A stretch of 64,000 bases of DNA, taken from the NCBI GenBank assembly GCA_044222475.1, contig JBGANF010000007.1, forward strand, positions 32,001 to 96,000. The letters run 5' to 3'. The position numbers were made by a program, and so were the translations under genes. This document shows positions 22,155 through 33,843 of this stretch, in pieces. Numbering within the stretch: position 1 is the stretch's first letter; each line of letters opens with the position of its first letter. Source of the stretch: Polyangiaceae bacterium (GTDB lineage Bacteria; Myxococcota_A; Polyangia; Polyangiales; Polyangiaceae). The notes beneath the pieces were generated by a model. The model made no database searches, had not been told where the DNA came from, and saw only the letters and a list, made by a program, of their open reading frames with translations.

Positions 22155-23865
22155 CGACGCGCGTGCCCGGGCGCGATCCCGTCTGAAACACGCCGTGCCA
22201 GCCGAGCGGCAGCATCGGCTCGGTCCAGAAGAAGAGCGCGCGCGCGTCGGTCGGTGAGAGGTTCACGCAGCCGTGGCTGCGCGGCGTGCCGAACATCGAG
22301 TGCCAGAACGCGCCGTGGAGCGCGTAGCTACCCTGAAAGTACATGACCCACGGCACGTCCTCGATCGAGTACGGACCATCGGCGGCGACGTTGCCGTCCA
22401 TCGTGACGCTCACGTGCTTCTCGTAGATGCGGAACGTGCCGGTAGGCGTGGGGAAGTCGTGCTCCGGGTCGTACGGGTTGCGCCGCCCGGACGAGACCTT
22501 CGTCGCGTAGACAGGGTGCTTGCCCTCGAACGCGACGAGGAGCTGCTTCTGCAGGTCGACGTCGATCCACTTCTCGTTCGGGCCGAGGTCGGGCGGGGGC
22601 TCGACCGCCGGGACCATCCCGTCGGCGATGCGGACGAAGAACCCGGAGGTGGTGCGCGAGTAGACGACGCCGCTCTCGGTGCGCGGCTCGCCCGAGAGCT
22701 CGACTGGAGTGAGCTTCGGGATCGGCGTCGTGTACTTGAGCTTGCCCTTCTCGTCCTCGACGTAGCGGATGCCGTAGTCGGAGTTGATGATGAGCGTCGA
22801 GCCGTTGCCTTCGGGCGGCGCGCCGCCTTCGAGCGCGGCGGGATCGGGCTTGGGGATCCACGCGCCGTGGAACTCGGGGAACCACGTCTGGAGGGCGATG
22901 CGCTCGTACGGGATCGCGAAGCCCTCCGACGTGCGCCACCAGCGCGCCTTCGCGGCCATGAAATCGCGGTCGAGCGCGACGTAGAAGCCCTTGTTCATCT
23001 TTCGTGCGAGCACGCCCTTGCCACGGAGGTCCTCGAGGCGAGGCCCGGCCTCGCGCGCACCGGCGTCCTTGATCGGTTGTCCCTTCTTGGGACGATGGCT
23101 CGGCTCCGGCGGCGGCTCGTCGTACGGGTTGTCGTCCTCGGTGCCGGCGCTCGGGATGCCGGCGTCGAGCGAGAGCGGCGCGGGCACCGACGCATCGACC
23201 GTCGTTCGCGTGCCCGGAGGCGGACCGAGCCACGGCTCGAACTTTCGGCGGTCGGGAAGCGCGAGCACGCGCTTGTAGACCGGCGTGTCGTTCGCCATCG
23301 AGTAGCCGTAGCGATACGGCATGGGCTTGTCGATCTGAGGCGGGTTCGCCGCAAACTTCACCGCTGGGTTCTTCAGATCGGTCGACGCGTACTTGCCGCA
23401 GACGTAGCCGCCCTCGATCAGCTCGTACCAGCCGTCGGCGCAGTCCTCGTTGACGATCGGCTCGGGGAACGCGGGCGCGTGCGACCCGTGGCGCAGGTAG
23501 CCGAGCCGCTGCGCGCCGTCGGTCTGGGCGTCGGTCGGTGCGGCATCGGGCGCGTCGGACCACGCCGGAGCGCTCATCACCGAGGTGCGTCCGGCCGAGC
23601 TCCAGAGGTCGGGGCCGTCCCACGTCCCGGCGTCCCAGCTGGCGCGCGCGGCACCGATTCGCTTCTGGCGCTCGTCCCACGCGAGGCCCTCGGCGTCGAC
23701 GCCGACGTCTTCCGCGGCGTCGGCCTGGGCCACGAGCGCGGCTTCGCCGCCCGCGTCGGCCGACGCAGACTCGTCGTGATGGCAGGCAGCCACGACCGCG
23801 ACGACCGCGAGAGTGACGGCAGGTGCCAACGGCCAGAGACGCACGGGAAACCGCTTTAGCACCAC
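22126..23865 (-). CDS. L,D-transpeptidase (YkuD) lipoprotein
   Basis: Lipobox VAAC; WIDVDL..Q, TPTG.F, ALHGAFWH and SHGCVNL motifs. Confidence 0.92.
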   Translation of the reverse strand: MVLKRFPVRLWPLAPAVTLAVVAVVAACHHDESASADAGGEAALVAQADAAEDVGVDAEGLAWDERQKRIGAARASWDAGTWDGPDLWSSAGRTSVMSAPAWSDAPDAAPTDAQTDGAQRLGYLRHGSHAPAFPEPIVNEDCADGWYELIEGGYVCGKYASTDLKNPAVKFAANPPQIDKPMPYRYGYSMANDTPVYKRVLALPDRRKFEPWLGPPPGTRTTVDASVPAPLSLDAGIPSAGTEDDNPYDEPPPEPSHRPKKGQPIKDAGAREAGPRLEDLRGKGVLARKMNKGFYVALDRDFMAAKARWWRTSEGFAIPYERIALQTWFPEFHGAWIPKPDPAALEGGAPPEGNGSTLIINSDYGIRYVEDEKGKLKYTTPIPKLTPVELSGEPRTESGVVYSRTTSGFFVRIADGMVPAVEPPPDLGPNEKWIDVDLQKQLLVAFEGKHPVYATKVSSGRRNPYDPEHDFPTPTGTFRIYEKHVSVTMDGNVAADGPYSIEDVPWVMYFQGSYALHGAFWHSMFGTPRSHGCVNLSPTDARALFFWTEPMLPLGWHGVFQTGSRPGTRVVIHEPPQKK

Positions 23866-23885
23866 CGGCGGCGGTTGCGCTAAGG

Positions 23886-24956
23886 ATGGCTGCGATGACG
23901 CCGTCGATCGCGGAGAGGCGCCTGGGAAGCTCGGGGCTGGGGCGGGTGCGACGCCCTCGCGAGGTGGTCGCGGCCCTGGGTGCGGTGCAGGCGCAGGACT
24001 TCGCCGGGTCGTTGTGGGCGCTCGGGCTGCGCACCAGCAAGGACGAGGCGGCGCTCGGCCGCGCCTTCGACGCTGGCGAGATCGTGCGCACCCACGTGCT
24101 CCGCCCGACGTGGCACCTCGTCGCGCCCGAGGACCTGCGCGCGTTCCAAGCCCTCACCGCGCCACGCGTGCGCAGGCTGCTGCGCGCGACGGACGCGAAG
24201 CTCGGTTTCAGTGCTGCTGCGCTGCGGCGCGCGCACGCGATCATCGCGAAGGAGCTCGACGGAACGAGCCGGACGCGAGACGAGCTCGGCGCTGCGCTCG
24301 CGAAGGCGAAGCTCGGGAGCGACGGAACGCGACTCGCTCTCGTGATGATGCACGCCGAGCTCGACGCAATGGTGTGCAGCGGTCCTCGCCGCGGGAAGCA
24401 GCACACGTACACGCTGGTCGACGATCGCGTGCAGAGCACATCGATCCCTCCGCACGATCGGATCCTGGCCGACCTGACCGAGCGCTACTTCACGAGCCAC
24501 GGTCCGGCCCGCGCGAGCGATCTCGCGTGGTGGTCGGGGCTGACGCTCGCCGACGTGCGCCGCGGGATCGAGCTCGCGACCGGGATCGCCAGCGAAACCA
24601 TCGACGGCGTCGAGTACCTCCGCGCGCGCGGACGGGCCGCCCCGCTGAGGGCACCGTCGCTTCTCCTGTTTCCCTGCTTCGACGAGGTGCTGGTGGCCTA
24701 CCGCGATCGGAGCGCGAGCCTCGACCCGCGAACGGCGAAGCACGTCGGGGACGGCGAGCTGCTCCTCCGAAGGAACGTCGTCCTGCGCGACGGCGTCGTC
24801 GTGGGCTCGTGGACGCGAGCCCTCGGCCGACGCGACGTGAAGATCACCGTGTCGCTGATCGAGCCGCCGACGAAGGGCGACCGCGCGACGGTCGAGAAGG
24901 AAGCCGAGCGCTACGGCGAATTTCTGGGGCTCCGCGCGACGTGCACCTTCGCGTGA
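23886..24956 (+). CDS. AlkZ/HTH_42-family DNA glycosylase (winged helix)
   Basis: VQAQD (QxQ motif), RT..LRPTWH.V, HGPA...D.AWWSGL and P.FDE..VAY.DR motifs. Confidence 0.85.
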   Translation: MAAMTPSIAERRLGSSGLGRVRRPREVVAALGAVQAQDFAGSLWALGLRTSKDEAALGRAFDAGEIVRTHVLRPTWHLVAPEDLRAFQALTAPRVRRLLRATDAKLGFSAAALRRAHAIIAKELDGTSRTRDELGAALAKAKLGSDGTRLALVMMHAELDAMVCSGPRRGKQHTYTLVDDRVQSTSIPPHDRILADLTERYFTSHGPARASDLAWWSGLTLADVRRGIELATGIASETIDGVEYLRARGRAAPLRAPSLLLFPCFDEVLVAYRDRSASLDPRTAKHVGDGELLLRRNVVLRDGVVVGSWTRALGRRDVKITVSLIEPPTKGDRATVEKEAERYGEFLGLRATCTFA

Positions 24957-26489
24957 CTAGCCGAGCGCTCCGTCGCGCAGCCACTCGCCGAAGCGCTCTC
25001 CCAGCATGATCACGCTGAGGTGCGTGTTCGCGCTCGGCACCGTCGGGAACAAGCTCGCGTCGGCGACCCAGAGCCCCTCGACTCCCCGCACGCGACCGCG
25101 GGCGTCGCACGCAACGGACTCGATCGGCGCATCGTCGCGGCCCATCGGCACCGTCCCGCAGGGGTGGTACCCCGAATCGCACGCTCCGCGGATCCACTCG
25201 TGCGCTTTTGCGCCCATCAGCGTCTTGGGGCGCGGCCAGAGGAGGGTACCTAGATCGGCCATGGGCTTCTTCTGCGCAATCTCGTAGGCGCGCCGCAGCC
25301 CGTCGATCGCCCTCGTCCGATCGTCCTCGTTTTCGAGGACGTGCGACTCGATGATCGGCTTCGCGCGTGGGTCCGCGCTGACGATCTGAAGGCTCCCCCA
25401 GCCGCGCGGCTTGCCGACTTGGATCATCATCGTGACGATCGGCACGGTGACCCTCGGGAACGGCATCAGCGAGCCCGCTTGGATCTGCATGTCGTTCGGG
25501 TACGCACTCCCGTCGCTCGTGAAGCGGTACGCGGTCTGGATGAGCGGATCGTCGAAATCGACGACGCCAAGCCGCGGGAGGAAGAAGATCGCCGCTCCGG
25601 GGTGATCGAGGAGCCTCGCGCCGATCGCCGGCACGTCAGCGACGAGCTCGACCCCGAGCCGCTCGACGAGCTCGCGCGGGCCGACGCCCGAGCGAACGAG
25701 GATGCCCGGCGTGTTGATCGCACCGCCGGAGAGGATCACGCGCGACGTCGTGATCGTCTCGACCCTCCCCTCGCGCTCGATCTCGACGCCGCGGACCCGC
25801 CGTCCGCGGAAGAGCACCCGCCTCACGTGCGCGCCGGGCACGATGTTCAGGTTCTCGCGCGCTCGCACGCTCCGCGTCAGGTACCCGCGAGCCACGCTCC
25901 AGCGCTCGCCCTGGACCTTGTTCATCGCGTGGGCACCGGCGCCGCCCAACGTCGGGTGGTTGTGATCGGCGCAGTGCGGGATGTCGCTCTCGGCGCACGC
26001 GTCGAGGAACGCGGCCTGCCATTGTACCAATTCGGGACGACGATGGCGCCGCACCGGGATCGGCCCGGAGGTACCGTGCCACTCGGGGTCGACGCCCGGC
26101 TCGCCGACGTCCATGTCGGTCTCGAGCGCCCTGAACGCGGGCAGACACTTCTCCCACGTCCAGTCGGGCAGCTCCCACTCGTCGAAGTCGTAGGGTCTCC
26201 CGCGGATCGCGATGCAGGTGTTCACCGCCGACGATCCGCCGACGACGCGGCCGCGCGGGAAGACGAACGGGATCCGCTGACCCTTCGTGGGCACGTGGTG
26301 GTAGCCCCAGTCGTGGCGCTTCACCGAGTTGCGGCCCCCGTTGCGGAGGTCCTTGGGTAGGACGCGCGCGGGGTAGTCGGGCCCGGCTTCGAGCAAGGTC
26401 ACCGAGCGGGCGCCATTTTCAGTTCCACGCGTGGCGATCGGAACTCCGGCAGCCCCGGCGCCGACGATGACGAACCCTTCTTCGTGCAC
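24957..26489 (-). CDS. GMC-family (choline dehydrogenase-like) oxidoreductase
   Basis: IVGAGAAG, LLEAG, RGRVVGGSSAVN, GAINTP.IL.RSGVG, YHPCGT and DAS.FP..P.ANT motifs. Confidence 0.92.
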   Translation of the reverse strand: MHEEGFVIVGAGAAGVPIATRGTENGARSVTLLEAGPDYPARVLPKDLRNGGRNSVKRHDWGYHHVPTKGQRIPFVFPRGRVVGGSSAVNTCIAIRGRPYDFDEWELPDWTWEKCLPAFRALETDMDVGEPGVDPEWHGTSGPIPVRRHRRPELVQWQAAFLDACAESDIPHCADHNHPTLGGAGAHAMNKVQGERWSVARGYLTRSVRARENLNIVPGAHVRRVLFRGRRVRGVEIEREGRVETITTSRVILSGGAINTPGILVRSGVGPRELVERLGVELVADVPAIGARLLDHPGAAIFFLPRLGVVDFDDPLIQTAYRFTSDGSAYPNDMQIQAGSLMPFPRVTVPIVTMMIQVGKPRGWGSLQIVSADPRAKPIIESHVLENEDDRTRAIDGLRRAYEIAQKKPMADLGTLLWPRPKTLMGAKAHEWIRGACDSGYHPCGTVPMGRDDAPIESVACDARGRVRGVEGLWVADASLFPTVPSANTHLSVIMLGERFGEWLRDGALG

Positions 26490-26539
26490 GGCGGGGGTTC
26501 TACCACAGCGCCACTCCCATCGTGGACGTTGCCTACGCG

Positions 26540-28294
26540 TCAGTTCGGGACCGGCGGCACCACGACCGTGTTGATCGGTTTCACGCTCGCCCCCGCGGGG
26601 TAGGCGTAGCTCGACGCGCTGTCGTATCCCCACACCGTGATGCCGAACGGCGCATCGCTCTTGATCGTGTGGAGACCGTTGTCGCAGTTGCCGACCTTCG
26701 CTCCCGCCTTCGCGAGCTCGACGTGGGTCGTCTGGAACTGCGTGCCGCCCATCTGCGTCCACCCGCCGACGGTCCCGAGGCAGTCGAGCGTGACGTCCTT
26801 GTAGGTGTTGTCGCTCGCCTTCTTCCGCACGAGGGCGATCTCCGTGTAGCCGTACGTCGGATCGGTGAAGAACATGTACGACCCGAGGAACTGCGCCGGC
26901 GGCACCACGTTCACCGTCTCCGGTCCACCCACGTTCCAGTACGTCGCGAGGTTGCCCACCGCCGCGTACTCGTTGCCGAGCGCCTTCACCGGCGGGATCT
27001 GCTGGTGCGCGGCGTCGCAGTCGCCGCCCGGGCGGTGCGCCGCGAGGTAGAACGGGTGCTGGTTGTCCTGCGACTCGACGTGGAACGCGCCCGGTCCGTC
27101 GAACTCGACGAGCTGGCCGGCGGTGAGCGTCGTCGGCGCGCCGGGCACCGCCGGGTCGTACGTCAACGTCGTGCCCTTCGTGGTCCCGAGGATGCGCCAC
27201 TTCGGCGGGCTCGTCTGGAACATGCAGAAGTGCTCACCCCACACGCCGACCGGCTTGTTCGATTGCACGATGCTGCCAGAGAGATCCTGGCCGGTGTTGT
27301 CGGGGACCTGCATGAGGTGCACGGTCTGACCCTTGTTGATCGAGTAGGTGATCGGCACGCCCTTCGTCGCGGCGGGCACCGTGTTGAGCGCGGTGATGTT
27401 CGTCGAAGGGAGGAACGTCACCGTCGTGCCGTCCTCGCGCGCGACGAGATCGACGCCGGGCGTGTACGACGCGGGGTTGTTGCCCATCGTGGCGGCGACG
27501 TAGTTCGTGTCCCACGCGGTCGTCGGGAGCAGCAGCGTCGCGCTCGAGATGTACGACTTCGCGCCGCCGTACGGGTAGATGTCGTAGACGACCGCGGGCA
27601 CGCTGGTCTGGATCTCCATCGCGTTCGAGTAGTGCGTGTCGTGGAGGACCATGTTCTCGTTCGTGACCGCGACCTGCACGCCGGCCGGGCAGTTCACCTT
27701 GAGACCCGAGTTCTCGTTCGTGTTGTTGAGGAACACGATCGCCATGCTGTTCGGCGGGATGCCGGTCGACGGGATGGGCTGGTACGTCAGGCTCACGCCG
27801 CTTCCCTGTGGCGCGTAGGAGAACGGCGTCGCGTCCATCACCTTGCCCTTCCAGGTGAGCGTCACCTTCATCGGCGCGCTCCAGGTGTTGGTCACGAACG
27901 CCGCGAAGCAGCTGCCCGAGGACACGGTCGAGTCCGAGGGGAGCGCGTAGTAGTCGCACCCGATCGAGCTCTTGTTCGCGGCCGCCGCGTCGCACGCGTT
28001 GATGCACCCCGTCGGACCGCAGCCCAAGTCGCCGGTGCACGTCTGGACGACGGTCGGGTTGTCGCCGCAGGTGAGGATGCTCTTCAAGTCGCCGGAGCAC
28101 TGGGTGCACCCCGCGTCACCGAGCGAGCCGTCGGTGTTCGGGAAGATCGGAGCGTCCTGGTTCGTGGTCGCGTCGTCCGGCGGGTTGCCGGCGTCGGGAT
28201 CGCCGAAGCCGTTGTTGGAGTTGCTCCCGCAGGCGACGAAGGCCGTCGACGCTGCGAGTCCCACGATGCCCAAGACAAGCGAGATGCTGCGCAT
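26540..28294 (-). CDS. IgGFc-binding-domain lipoprotein (paralog 2, internal blocks swapped)
   Basis: Lipobox AFVAC; GGGAGG SD; same motifs as 11996..13816 but with a different block order. Confidence 0.85.
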   Translation of the reverse strand: MRSISLVLGIVGLAASTAFVACGSNSNNGFGDPDAGNPPDDATTNQDAPIFPNTDGSLGDAGCTQCSGDLKSILTCGDNPTVVQTCTGDLGCGPTGCINACDAAAANKSSIGCDYYALPSDSTVSSGSCFAAFVTNTWSAPMKVTLTWKGKVMDATPFSYAPQGSGVSLTYQPIPSTGIPPNSMAIVFLNNTNENSGLKVNCPAGVQVAVTNENMVLHDTHYSNAMEIQTSVPAVVYDIYPYGGAKSYISSATLLLPTTAWDTNYVAATMGNNPASYTPGVDLVAREDGTTVTFLPSTNITALNTVPAATKGVPITYSINKGQTVHLMQVPDNTGQDLSGSIVQSNKPVGVWGEHFCMFQTSPPKWRILGTTKGTTLTYDPAVPGAPTTLTAGQLVEFDGPGAFHVESQDNQHPFYLAAHRPGGDCDAAHQQIPPVKALGNEYAAVGNLATYWNVGGPETVNVVPPAQFLGSYMFFTDPTYGYTEIALVRKKASDNTYKDVTLDCLGTVGGWTQMGGTQFQTTHVELAKAGAKVGNCDNGLHTIKSDAPFGITVWGYDSASSYAYPAGASVKPINTVVVPPVPN

Positions 28295-28366
28295 CCTCCC
28301 ATGATGCCAGCCCACCGCGCCCCTGTCGACGCGCGCCTTCCACACGCTATGCTGCGGGCGGCAACC

Positions 28367-29752
28367 ATGGCCCAGACCCTCAATGTCGACGATCCGTACA
28401 CCCTGGAAACCGCGTTCACCGTCGAGCTGAGCGACGAAGCCGCCGGTCGCGCCGTGCTCGAGCGGTCGCGCGCCGCGTTCCGTGCGTTCCGCAAGACCAC
28501 CGTCGACGAGCGCATCGCCCTCGTCGAGAAGGCCGTCGTCGCGATGGAGAAGCGCAAGGACGAGATCGCGCTCGACATCGCCAAGATGATGGGCAAGCCG
28601 ATCGCGCAAGGACGCAACGAGGTCGCCGGCATGGCCGTGCGCGCGCGTCACATGGCGTCGATCGCGAAGCAGTCGCTCCTCGACATCAACCTCCCGAAGG
28701 AGGGCTTCGATCGGCGCATCGTCAAGGAGCCGCTCGGCGTCGTCCTCGATCTGCCGGCGTGGAACTACCCGCTCCTCACTGCGATCAACCTCGTCGCGCC
28801 CGCGATCCTCGCCGGCAACTCGGTGGTGGTGAAGCACTCGCCGCGGAGCCCGCTGTGCGGCATGCACTTCGCGCGCGCGTTCACCGAGGCAGGCGCGCCC
28901 GAAGGCTTGGTCCAATCGCTCGACTGCGACCACCCGACGACGGAGCGCCTCGTCGGCAGCGGCCTCGTGGATCACGTCGTCTTCACCGGCTCGGTGTTCG
29001 GCGGTCACCGGATCCAAGAGGCCGCCGCGAAGCAGTTCCTCCACGTCGGGCTCGAGCTCGGTGGGAACGACGCCGCGTACGTCGCGCCCGACGCAGATCT
29101 CGCGAAGTCGGTCGAGAACATCGTCGACGGGTGCATCTACAACGCCGGCCAGAGCTGCTGCGCCGTCGAGCGCGTCTACGTTCACGAGAGCCTGTACGAC
29201 AAGTTCGTGGCCGCGTGCGAGCCCCTCGTTCGCGCCTACGTCCTCGGTGATCCGAAGAACGAGAAGACGACGCTCGGACCGATCGCGCAACCGCACCACG
29301 TCCGCGAGCTCGAAGGGATGGTCCTCGACGCGAAGGGCCGCGGCGCGCGCCTGCTCGCGGGCGGCCGGGCTACCCAGGTCGACGGCAAGGGTCGCTTCTT
29401 CGAGGCCACGCTGCTCGCCGACGTCGCCCCGGAGGCACGCCTCATGCGCCAAGAGTCGTTCGGGCCCCTCGTGGTGATCGCCAAGGTGTCCTCGGACGAG
29501 GAGGCGCTCGCGCGCATGAACGACTCGGACCTCGGCCTCACGGCGAGCGTGTGGACCAAGGACAAGGAGCGCGCGATGCGCATGGCGCGCGCGCTCGAGG
29601 TGGGGACGGTCTACATGAACCGCTGCGACTCGGTCGATCCCGCGCTGCCGTGGGTGGGGCAGAAGAACTCGGGGCGCGGTCACAGCCTCAGCGCGCTCGG
29701 CTTCGACCAACTCACGCGCCCGAAGTCGCTTCACTTTCGTCTGCGCTGGTAG
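28367..29752 (+). CDS. Aldehyde dehydrogenase
   Basis: AWNYP, FTGS, LELGG, NAGQSCCA, ESFGP and G.KNSG motifs. Confidence 0.95.
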   Translation: MAQTLNVDDPYTLETAFTVELSDEAAGRAVLERSRAAFRAFRKTTVDERIALVEKAVVAMEKRKDEIALDIAKMMGKPIAQGRNEVAGMAVRARHMASIAKQSLLDINLPKEGFDRRIVKEPLGVVLDLPAWNYPLLTAINLVAPAILAGNSVVVKHSPRSPLCGMHFARAFTEAGAPEGLVQSLDCDHPTTERLVGSGLVDHVVFTGSVFGGHRIQEAAAKQFLHVGLELGGNDAAYVAPDADLAKSVENIVDGCIYNAGQSCCAVERVYVHESLYDKFVAACEPLVRAYVLGDPKNEKTTLGPIAQPHHVRELEGMVLDAKGRGARLLAGGRATQVDGKGRFFEATLLADVAPEARLMRQESFGPLVVIAKVSSDEEALARMNDSDLGLTASVWTKDKERAMRMARALEVGTVYMNRCDSVDPALPWVGQKNSGRGHSLSALGFDQLTRPKSLHFRLRW

Positions 29753-29772
29753 CCGGATATCCTCGTAGGGAG

Positions 29773-31182
<1,410 letters not shown>

Positions 31183-31188
31183 AATGTT

Positions 31189-31977
31189 CTAGAACTGACC
31201 CGTCGTGCAGACTGCGCCACCTGGATACGCCTTCTCCGCCGCCAGGCAAGTGCTCGCTTCGACGCACATGCTGTACTCGTCGGCGATGCTCTGGGCGGCC
31301 GCGTCGACGACGAAGGTGAGGCACCGGCGCCCTGCGCACGAACCCCCGTCACCGCGGCGGCAAGGCGACGGGCCCCCGAACTCCTGGGTGAACTTGTCCA
31401 CGCACAGACTGTAGGGATGCAGTGGCGAGCGTCCCATGCAGACCTGTCCCTGATTGGGACACGCTCCGCAGGCGCCGCCGCAGAGTGTGACGCCGGGTAT
31501 CTTCGGACATGTGGTCGGCGCGGGCGGGATGGCTGCGCCGGTGTACGTCGACCGGTCGGCATAGCGAGACATGTCGAGGCGGCCGTTCAGCGCGTAGAGC
31601 TTGGCGAGATCCTCGTGAACGCAGTCGGTCTGCAGCGTCGTGGGGCCGAGATCGCGATACGAGGCCGCGTAGTCCGCCAGGAGAAATCCGTCCGGGCACT
31701 GCTCAGGCTCGGGACCTCCCGACTTGATGTCTTCAAGGCAGAAGCTCAAGCTCGTGTCGAACTGCCCGCTCGTGCAGTACTTGCAAGTCGCCCCACAGTT
31801 GTCGGTCCCATGGCACACGCTCACTCCCGAGGGTGCCCGGCACTTCGTGAACCCGGAATCCGCATCGAGAATCGACCCGTCACTGCCGCCATCCGCACCC
31901 CCGTCAGGTCCTGCTTGGACGGCTCCGCCGCAGGCGACGAGCGCACCGAGGAGGGCGCCCAAAAGCAAGCCCCTCAT
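31189..31977 (-). CDS. Cys-rich hypothetical lipoprotein
   Basis: MRGLLLGALLGALVAC lipobox; DGG linker; about 20 Cys; ATGA overlap with the upstream gene. Confidence 0.78.
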   Translation of the reverse strand: MRGLLLGALLGALVACGGAVQAGPDGGADGGSDGSILDADSGFTKCRAPSGVSVCHGTDNCGATCKYCTSGQFDTSLSFCLEDIKSGGPEPEQCPDGFLLADYAASYRDLGPTTLQTDCVHEDLAKLYALNGRLDMSRYADRSTYTGAAIPPAPTTCPKIPGVTLCGGACGACPNQGQVCMGRSPLHPYSLCVDKFTQEFGGPSPCRRGDGGSCAGRRCLTFVVDAAAQSIADEYSMCVEASTCLAAEKAYPGGAVCTTGQF

Positions 31978-33843
31978 TGCCCGACCACCGTGCAGTTGTC
32001 GTACTTGTTGCTCTGCGGGTTGTAGACACAACCGAGCGAGGTGAGCGTCCGGCCATCGTACGTAGTGAAGGCGGTCGCTCTCCTTCCGAGCGCGCCTGGC
32101 ACCTGCGCAACAGGCGGATCGCACAGACTGTTCAGTCCTACCCCCGTCGTCACCTGCCCGAGGTTGAATAGAATCAGGTACGGAATGAACGCCGGGTTCG
32201 TGTACTCCTTGTCGTCGTCCACGAAGACGAGCTCCACGGAATCGGGCAGCACGTTGATTCGCCGGGCCGGGATGGCGTAGCGGCAGAAGTTGCCGCCCGC
32301 CCGAGGCGCGCACTTGAAGTTCTTGTAGATGCGCTCCGACGGGTGGACCGGATTCGGCATGGTCTCCAATGCGGTCGCTTCATAGAGCTGAGCAAACGCT
32401 GCCTGCGGGATTCCCAGTCGCTGCCCTGCGAGGCCAGTTACGGCGGCGAGGAGTTGATCGTGAACGTTGCGGAAAAGACCTGGGCAGATGTCGCCGAGCC
32501 GAGGATCGTCGACTGCCAGGATGGATTCATCCTGCGGCCCGCGCGGCTCGCAGGAGAACCCACTGGCCAGCGTGATCCCCGCGAACTCTTGCTGCTTCCG
32601 AGCAACATCGTAGATGCGGCCGGGCAGCGTGTCCGGCACGTTGAACTCGCCAGGCGGCGTCGTGAGAATGGAGAGAAGTGCATCTTCGAGCTGCGTCTTG
32701 ACGTCGGCCGCGCCAATCCCGAAGAATGACGACGAGGTGGATCCGTGGTCCAAGAGCGGGTCGACGGTGAGAACGCCGTTGAGCAGCTTGAACTCGAACG
32801 CGTGGAGCATCTCGACCTGGGCGTTGAGCGAACCGATGACGGGCACGGGCACGTCGTGAAGCGCTCCCGAGAAATGGAAGAAGAACCCACCATGCTGCGC
32901 GTCTTCTCGCTCGTTGGTTGCGTGGAGGAACGCGGCCGTGTCACTCGTATCGAGCACGACGCTGGCGTTCGGGTTGTCCCGGGCGAGGGTCTGCTCCACG
33001 GCGGTCAAGAAACCCGGCGCGATGAGATCGAGCAGGCCCGTCCGTGACGAATTGGTGTACGAGACCTTCTGCGCGCAGAGCCCGTGATTGACGACGTGGA
33101 CTGCCTTGACCGATCCGTAACCGTTCGAAGTTCCCGATCGGGGCTCGGATGCAGGACCTTGCGGTTGAGCGCCGTTCGTCCAGAAATCCGTCCAGTCGTA
33201 GAGAGCGAAGACCGGGGCGGGGCCGGGGTTCGGCGAGAAGGGGGTGTTCGTGTTCCAGTTCGGTTGGGGCGGGTACACCAGCGTGGCCGAATCGGGAAGA
33301 CGCGATGCTTGAAACTCGGCGCGAATTCCTTGCGAGATGGAGCGCGTCGGTCCGGGTGGCGGCTCCGCAACCGTGCGCGTGCCGGCCAACACCTGGAAGA
33401 GCTCCTCTGGATCGCGCGCGAAGAGGAGGACCTCGTGCTGCGTCGCCAGGTCACGTACGCGGGTCGCCTCTCCGGCGCGCTGCCAGAAGGCGTGGACCGA
33501 CTGATAGCGAACGAAGTTCCCGTCGGGCGGAAAGAGCGTGGCTGCACGAAGGTCGAACGGCAGATTCGTCGGCGTGACCGTCCCCGAGCCATACCGAGCA
33601 TCGTTCGTGAGCACCGAGCCGCGGTAGCCCCAGTGGAAGAAGGGCGACCCGAGCCAGTACTGCAGGTACGTCGCGTAGGGTCCCGTGTTGAAGGGAGCAC
33701 TCGACGGCTGTCCGAACTCGAGCACCGATTCACCGGTGCGAGTGGGTTCGTTGCCGACGTCGCAACCCGCTAAGCCGCTAATGCCCCCCCCTTGCAACAG
33801 CGGTACCAATTAGGGACAACGCGAGGAATCGGCTTCGCGGCAT
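31974..33843 (-). CDS. Hypothetical lipoprotein, frameshifted in its signal peptide at a G8 tract
   Basis: GGAGG-7nt-ATG at 33843 reads MPRSRFLALSLIGTAVA. The long frame (31974..33809) carries the lipobox LAGC just after the G8 run at 33784-33791. Confidence 0.68.

Noticed and set aside
24957..29752. GMC oxidoreductase plus aldehyde dehydrogenase as a betAB-like pathway
   Set aside because: Opposite strands, separated by an unrelated lipoprotein gene, with no transporter or regulator; substrate not inferable.
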